The position numbers were made by a program, and so were the translations under genes. A DNA stretch of 61,564 nt, the filler included. It is 3 parts of 3 records of this genome, joined end to end, with 100 filler letters (N's around TTAATTAATTAA, not from the genome) between each part and the next. Parts side by side here need not be neighbours in the genome. Positions count along the whole stretch, not along the records: positions 42,491 to 61,564 come from SRR31156797_8202; 2 more parts are not named here. The stretch is one strand, 5' to 3'. Positions 57,273-61,564 of the stretch are shown here, piece by piece (within the stretch, counting starts at the first letter, position 1; each line of letters opens with the position of its first letter). The notes beneath the pieces are model-generated. The model searched no databases. It saw only the letters and a program-made list of their open reading frames with translations, and was not told the origin of the DNA.

Positions 57273-58618
57273 CAATTGGGCACAGATACAGCCAGTCCTC
57301 CCAACGAAGTTTCTTTATACTTTGAATTCATATCCTTCCCGGTTTCAGCCATAGCTTTAACAACCTCATCAAAACTGACTTTGTGGAAGTTCTCATTTTC
57401 CACGGAGGCGATGAGATATGCATTGTAGGATCGGACCACGCCCATGGCATTGCGTTCAATGCATGGTATCTGCACATAACCGCCCACAGGGTCGCAGGTG
57501 AGTCCTAGATGGTGCTCGAGAGCGGATTCAGCGGCATTCTCAGTGCGCCAGAAACGGTGTCCGTTGGCGTAAGCGATCAGGCCGGCAGCCATAGATGATG
57601 CAACCCCAATTTCTCCCTGACAGCCCACTTCAGCCCCGGCAATACTGGCGTTATGTTTGGCAATGAAGCCCAGAGCTGCAGCGACAAGCATCCCCTCGCG
57701 CACTTTCTCGCGGCTGATGCCTAAGTCCTCTTCAAGGGCATAGACTGCAGCGGGGATGACTCCTGCGGATCCTGACGTTGGTGCTGTAACAACTATATGT
57801 CCCGCAGCGTTCTCTTCGGATGCGGCAAAACCGTATGCATTCAGGCGAAGCAGGAAGCCATCTGCGCAGTTAGGTCGGGCGCTGTTCTCAAAAAGACGTC
57901 TTGCCTTGCGGTGTAAGCCGATAGGGCCGGGCAGGGGTCCTTCTTTATCAAGACCATTACGCACTGCCTGCTTCATGGCATCAAGGATGGCGTCTAACTT
58001 TTCATATATTTCCTCTTCTGAAATTCCACTGATAGCGGTCTCGTTAGCAAGAATTGCCTGATGCATACGTAGTTCATTTTTAGTAAGGATTGCTTTAAGT
58101 TCATCCATGTTGGAATACTGATGCGGAGGAACCCGTGGAACTTCAGGTTGTTGGCCTTTCCATTTAATAAAGCCGCCGCCGATAGAGTAGTATTCTTGTT
58201 CAAAAAGAATTTCTTCACCTTTACGTAGTCGCAGGAGTAGAGTGTTTGCATAGGGAAAATTATTTTTCACTTCGGCAAAGACAACGTCTTTCACGCTCAG
58301 GGGCAGCGAAACCTGACCAATTTCAAACTGGTGAGCAGCCCCGTTTGCTAGAGAGTCAAGAAAATAGCATTCAACATTATCCGGTCTGAAGCCGAGAAGG
58401 CCGGCGACCACAGCCCGGTCAGTTCCGTGGCCTTTCCCAGTGGCGCTGAGACTACCGTAAAGGCGTACTTCAATGTTGTCAGGCTGTTTATCAAAGGAAA
58501 GATCAGCTATAGCCTGATTAAAATTGTACCCGGCTTTCATGGGGCCTATGGTATGGGAGCTGGAAGGGCCGGGGCCGATTTTAAAAAGTTCGAAAACAGA
58601 TGTGGTAATGGCGGTCAT
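57269..58618 (-). CDS. sdaA: L-serine ammonia-lyase (Fe-S, single chain)
   Basis: FKIGPGPSSSHTIGPM, GSLSATGKGH, EENAAG..VTAPT, GAEVGCQGE, HHLGLTCDP, YKETSLGGL. Confidence 0.95.
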   Translation of the reverse strand: MTAITTSVFELFKIGPGPSSSHTIGPMKAGYNFNQAIADLSFDKQPDNIEVRLYGSLSATGKGHGTDRAVVAGLLGFRPDNVECYFLDSLANGAAHQFEIGQVSLPLSVKDVVFAEVKNNFPYANTLLLRLRKGEEILFEQEYYSIGGGFIKWKGQQPEVPRVPPHQYSNMDELKAILTKNELRMHQAILANETAISGISEEEIYEKLDAILDAMKQAVRNGLDKEGPLPGPIGLHRKARRLFENSARPNCADGFLLRLNAYGFAASEENAAGHIVVTAPTSGSAGVIPAAVYALEEDLGISREKVREGMLVAAALGFIAKHNASIAGAEVGCQGEIGVASSMAAGLIAYANGHRFWRTENAAESALEHHLGLTCDPVGGYVQIPCIERNAMGVVRSYNAYLIASVENENFHKVSFDEVVKAMAETGKDMNSKYKETSLGGLAVSVPNC

Positions 58619-58714
58619 AACTCCTCCTTGACCGTGGAAATTGTTTATGAAAATTATCATTAGCACAATGCATAAAACCTAACAACGCAGATCCGTTTTC
58701 CGGAGGTTACACGT

Positions 58715-59119
58715 ATGTATATAGTAAGCGGCTGTCTGGCCGGTCTTTGTTGCCGTTATGACGGCGGGGACAATGCAGATGAAAAGGTCATGAAATTGGT
58801 GGCTGAGGGCAAGGCCATTCCGGTCTGTCCGGAACAATTGGGTGGACTGACCACCCCGCGTCCTCCCTGTGAAATAGTGGAGGGAAAAGTGGTTAGTGAT
58901 AAGGGTGTAGATGTAACGGAAAATTTTAGACGCGGAGCAGAAGAGGCCTTCAAGCTGGCAAAACTTGTGGGTAGTAAAAAGGCAATTCTCAAAGCCCGTT
59001 CTCCATCCTGCGGAATCAGTAAGATTTATGACGGATCTTTCAAAGGAAATCTTATCAATGGCGATGGCTTGTTCGCCGCGATGCTCCGAAAAGAAGGCTT
59101 TGATTTGGAAACAGAATAA
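58715..59119 (+). CDS. DUF523 / 2-thiouracil desulfurase family protein
   Basis: VSGCL, CRYDG, VCPEQLGGL, KARSPSCG. Confidence 0.9.
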   Translation: MYIVSGCLAGLCCRYDGGDNADEKVMKLVAEGKAIPVCPEQLGGLTTPRPPCEIVEGKVVSDKGVDVTENFRRGAEEAFKLAKLVGSKKAILKARSPSCGISKIYDGSFKGNLINGDGLFAAMLRKEGFDLETE

Positions 59120-59160
59120 AAATATCCCGGAAATTCAAAAAATTTCCGGGATATTTTTTT
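59118..59160. terminator. Bidirectional terminator
   Basis: AAAAATATCCCGGAAATT / AATTTCCGGGATATTTTT. Confidence 0.8.
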
Positions 59161-59236
59161 ACGCAAGATTTGCCCTGTAGTGTGGCGAAGCCGCCGTAGG
59201 CAAATTCATTTTATCAAAAGCGCGGAGCGCATCAAA

Positions 59237-59506
59237 CTAATGCGTAATTCTATCTTCTTTAATAAGCTGCTGGGCCACGTTGATATCGTAAAGTGCCAGT
59301 GGGTTGCGGTCGGTGCCGCGTTTCTTGTATTCTTCAGCGGCTTCCATGATTACGTCATAAGGCAGCCATTCATGTTTTTCCCAGATAACGGGGTTGTCGT
59401 TTGACCAGAGTCTGAACTCAATAGAACCTTCAGTTTCCCGCACATACATTTTGGTGTCACGAGTTTGCAGGGAAGGATAGTAATAAAGTCCGCGTTCGTC
59501 TTTCAT
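59237..59506 (-). CDS. Conserved hypothetical protein (89 aa)
   Basis: AAGGA RBS; co-directional with the upstream YkgJ-like gene; plausible composition. Confidence 0.7.
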   Translation of the reverse strand: MKDERGLYYYPSLQTRDTKMYVRETEGSIEFRLWSNDNPVIWEKHEWLPYDVIMEAAEEYKKRGTDRNPLALYDINVAQQLIKEDRITH

Positions 59507-59517
59507 TATATAAGTCC

Positions 59518-60174
59518 TTAAAGTTTGCGCAGTGAAAAGGATTTTCCGTTGGGAGTGGCGATAATGCCGTACCCTTTAATAAGAATGCTCATGGGTCTGC
59601 CGAAGAAAAAATCCATGGATTCCTCGGGAAGGCCGGCTTTCTCCATAACCAGTTCACGAACAGAACCGTCGAAAATCAGCATTTCACGCAGATCTGCCTG
59701 AATTTTTTCGCTATTCTCCCAGTTTTCAATAGCCTCAGCTGCCAGCTCGGACATCTTAATAGGATCACATTTTTTGTCGTGATCCTCGATGATCTCGAGT
59801 ACCGGATGACCTGCGGGGAGAACATCTTTTCTGGAAATTCTGTCTTTGCTGTAAATTTCCATCAGAGGTTCCGGGTCTTCGCAAAAAAGTTTCTGACATT
59901 CAAGAGGACGATTTTTGTAAATTCGACAGACCTGACTGGAAAGAGCAAGGAATTTGCATGTCCATTCACCGCCAGCCCCTTTAATCTTGAGGATTTCTTC
60001 ATCAAGAGGGATTACCGCGCCAACTGGCTGATCATAGGCCAGTTCACCTTTGCGAAGGGTCACGATATCTGTAAGGTCAATGCCGTCTGTTTCTCTGAGC
60101 AGAGGCAGGTCCTGAGTGTGTAGTGCCGGGCCGCCTTTACGGCAGCATGTTCCGCATTGCTTGCATTCATTCAT
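59518..60174 (-). CDS. YkgJ/FliB-like cysteine cluster protein
   Basis: CKQCGTCC...CKFL...CRIYKNRPLECQKLFC. Confidence 0.85.
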   Translation of the reverse strand: MNECKQCGTCCRKGGPALHTQDLPLLRETDGIDLTDIVTLRKGELAYDQPVGAVIPLDEEILKIKGAGGEWTCKFLALSSQVCRIYKNRPLECQKLFCEDPEPLMEIYSKDRISRKDVLPAGHPVLEIIEDHDKKCDPIKMSELAAEAIENWENSEKIQADLREMLIFDGSVRELVMEKAGLPEESMDFFFGRPMSILIKGYGIIATPNGKSFSLRKL

Positions 60175-60335
60175 ATTCTAAGAATCACTTTTTCAAGTTT
60201 ATGTTGCTGGTTATCGAAAATTTTTGTAGGAAATATCTGCTACTGACGCACCTTGTGTCCGGGATGAGTAAATACGCTGAATCCTGCTAGCTTGGCAAGT
60301 CCGAGTTTATCAATCGTGATAATTTGAATCATGTA

Positions 60336-60402
60336 TTGACAATGGGCGTGTTCGGCGTGTTAGTTAATTATCCAGCACTATAGGTTGTGTTTTTTTTCAC
60401 TT
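60336..60402 (+). promoter_or_regulatory. Putative dsrA promoter (-35 TTGACA) and Rex-like operator
   Basis: TTGACA at 60336-60341; TTGTG-N8-CACTT at 60385-60402 resembles the Rex box. The -10 element is ambiguous. Confidence 0.5.
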
Positions 60403-60560
60403 AAGGGTATCTTTCCCTCCCCTTGCATCGTAATGATTAGGGGGTCTCGCACTAAGAGAGGAAAGCAACCGGGCCAAAGTCGGTTTATCCGTCTGACGTA
60501 CCGGATGCCTAATTTGTATTGGTAGGTATATCTTATTAAACTTTATGGAGGTTTAAGGGA

Positions 60561-61564
60561 ATGGCGAAACACAAAACTCCCTTGTTGGACCAGCTTGAAA
60601 GTGGGCCTTGGCCTAGCTTCGTGTCCGACGTTAAACAAGAAGCCGAAGTTAGAGCTAAAAACGAGAAGGACGTGAATTATCAGATTCCCGTTGAAGTCTG
60701 CGAAGACCTTCTCGGTGTTCTCGAGCTGTCTTACACTGATGGTGAAACTCACTGGAAACACGGCGGTATCGTTGGCGTTTTCGGTTACGGCGGCGGCGTT
60801 ATCGGTCGTTACTGTGACCAGCCCGAAATGTTCCCCGGCGTAGCACACTTTCACACTGTTCGTGTTGCTCAGCCTACTGCTAAGTACTACACCACCGAAT
60901 TCCTGCGTCAGATCATTGACATCTGGGACATGCGTGGTTCCGGTCTTACCAACATGCACGGTTCCACCGGTGACATCGTCTTCCTTGGAACAACCACACC
61001 TCAGCTCGAAGAAATTTTCTACGAACTGACTCATGAAGCAGACGTTGACCTTGGTGGCTCCGGCTCCAACCTGCGTACTCCTGCAGCATGTCTCGGTATG
61101 TCTCGTTGTGAGTATGCATGTTACGACGCGCAGGCTCTCTGCTACGACATGACCATGGAATTCCAGGACGAACTTCACCGTCCTGCTTTCCCCTACAAGT
61201 TCAAGTTTAAGTTTGACGCTTGCCCGAACAGCTGTGTTTGTGCTCTCGCTCGTTCTGACTTCTCCGTTGTAGGTATGTGGCGTGATGAAATCCGCATTGA
61301 CCAGGAAGCTGTTGCAGCTTACGTCGGCGGTGAATTCGCTCCTAACGCTGGTGCTCACTCCGGTCGTGACTGGGGTAAGTTTGACATCCAGAAAGAAGTT
61401 GTTGATCTCTGCCCCGGTAAGTGCATCAAGTACGCTGACGGCAAACTCGAAATCAACGATAAAGAATGTATGCACTGCATGCATTGTATCAACACCATGC
61501 CTCGTGCACTGATGATCGGTAACGATCGTGGCGCTTCCATCCTTTGTGGTGCAAAAGCTCCGAT
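60561..61564 (+). CDS. dsrA: Dissimilatory sulfite reductase alpha subunit (3' end truncated by window)
   Basis: MAKHKTPLLDQLESGPWPSFV, THWKHGGIVGVFGYGGGVIGRY, NMHGSTGD, RPAFPYKFKFKF, CMHCMHCIN; GGAGG upstream. Confidence 0.97.
   Translation, partial: MAKHKTPLLDQLESGPWPSFVSDVKQEAEVRAKNEKDVNYQIPVEVCEDLLGVLELSYTDGETHWKHGGIVGVFGYGGGVIGRYCDQPEMFPGVAHFHTVRVAQPTAKYYTTEFLRQIIDIWDMRGSGLTNMHGSTGDIVFLGTTTPQLEEIFYELTHEADVDLGGSGSNLRTPAACLGMSRCEYACYDAQALCYDMTMEFQDELHRPAFPYKFKFKFDACPNSCVCALARSDFSVVGMWRDEIRIDQEAVAAYVGGEFAPNAGAHSGRDWGKFDIQKEVVDLCPGKCIKYADGKLEINDKECMHCMHCINTMPRALMIGNDRGASILCGAKAP

Noticed and set aside
60543-61484. 313-aa minus-strand ORF
   Set aside because: Antisense shadow of dsrA, which is clearly encoded on the + strand.

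Overview
This window is not one replicon. It is three unrelated contigs joined by two artificial 100-nt linkers (N44-TTAATTAATTAA-N44 at 18329-18428 and 42391-42490). Contig 1 (1-18328, moderate GC, probably Desulfobacterota) carries metabolic and redox genes: RmlD-like reductase, flavin oxidoreductase, CDF transporter, Ni-SOD, and a DsbA-acyltransferase-B12 radical SAM operon. It also carries a damaged defence island: SNF2 helicase, DUF4391, AlbA/HATPase protein, and type III R-M mod and res genes that appear fused by a deletion. Contig 2 (18429-42390, AT-rich, Bacteroidota, with TAnnTTTG promoters) has two small membrane ORFs and an unexplained ~270-bp array of 21-bp-period repeats in two inverted arms. 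It continues with rnhA-truA, the moxR-DUF58-batABCDE operon, a probable stand-alone 6S-like RNA, an uncharacterised NMO/FabX-like flavoprotein, a candidate sRNA, and eukaryote-type citrate synthase and aconitase. Contig 3 (42491-61564, Desulfovibrionaceae-like) has groESL, HU, a MATE transporter, a surface beta-propeller protein, an orphan CbiM/NikM, a hybrid kinase, a Na+-decarboxylase/PEPCK cluster, serine dehydratase, and the 5' part of dsrA (absent from the ORF track). The most unusual signal is the phased CTTCCGTGACA array at 19235-19501. All family and taxon calls come from motif recognition by eye; no database searches were run.
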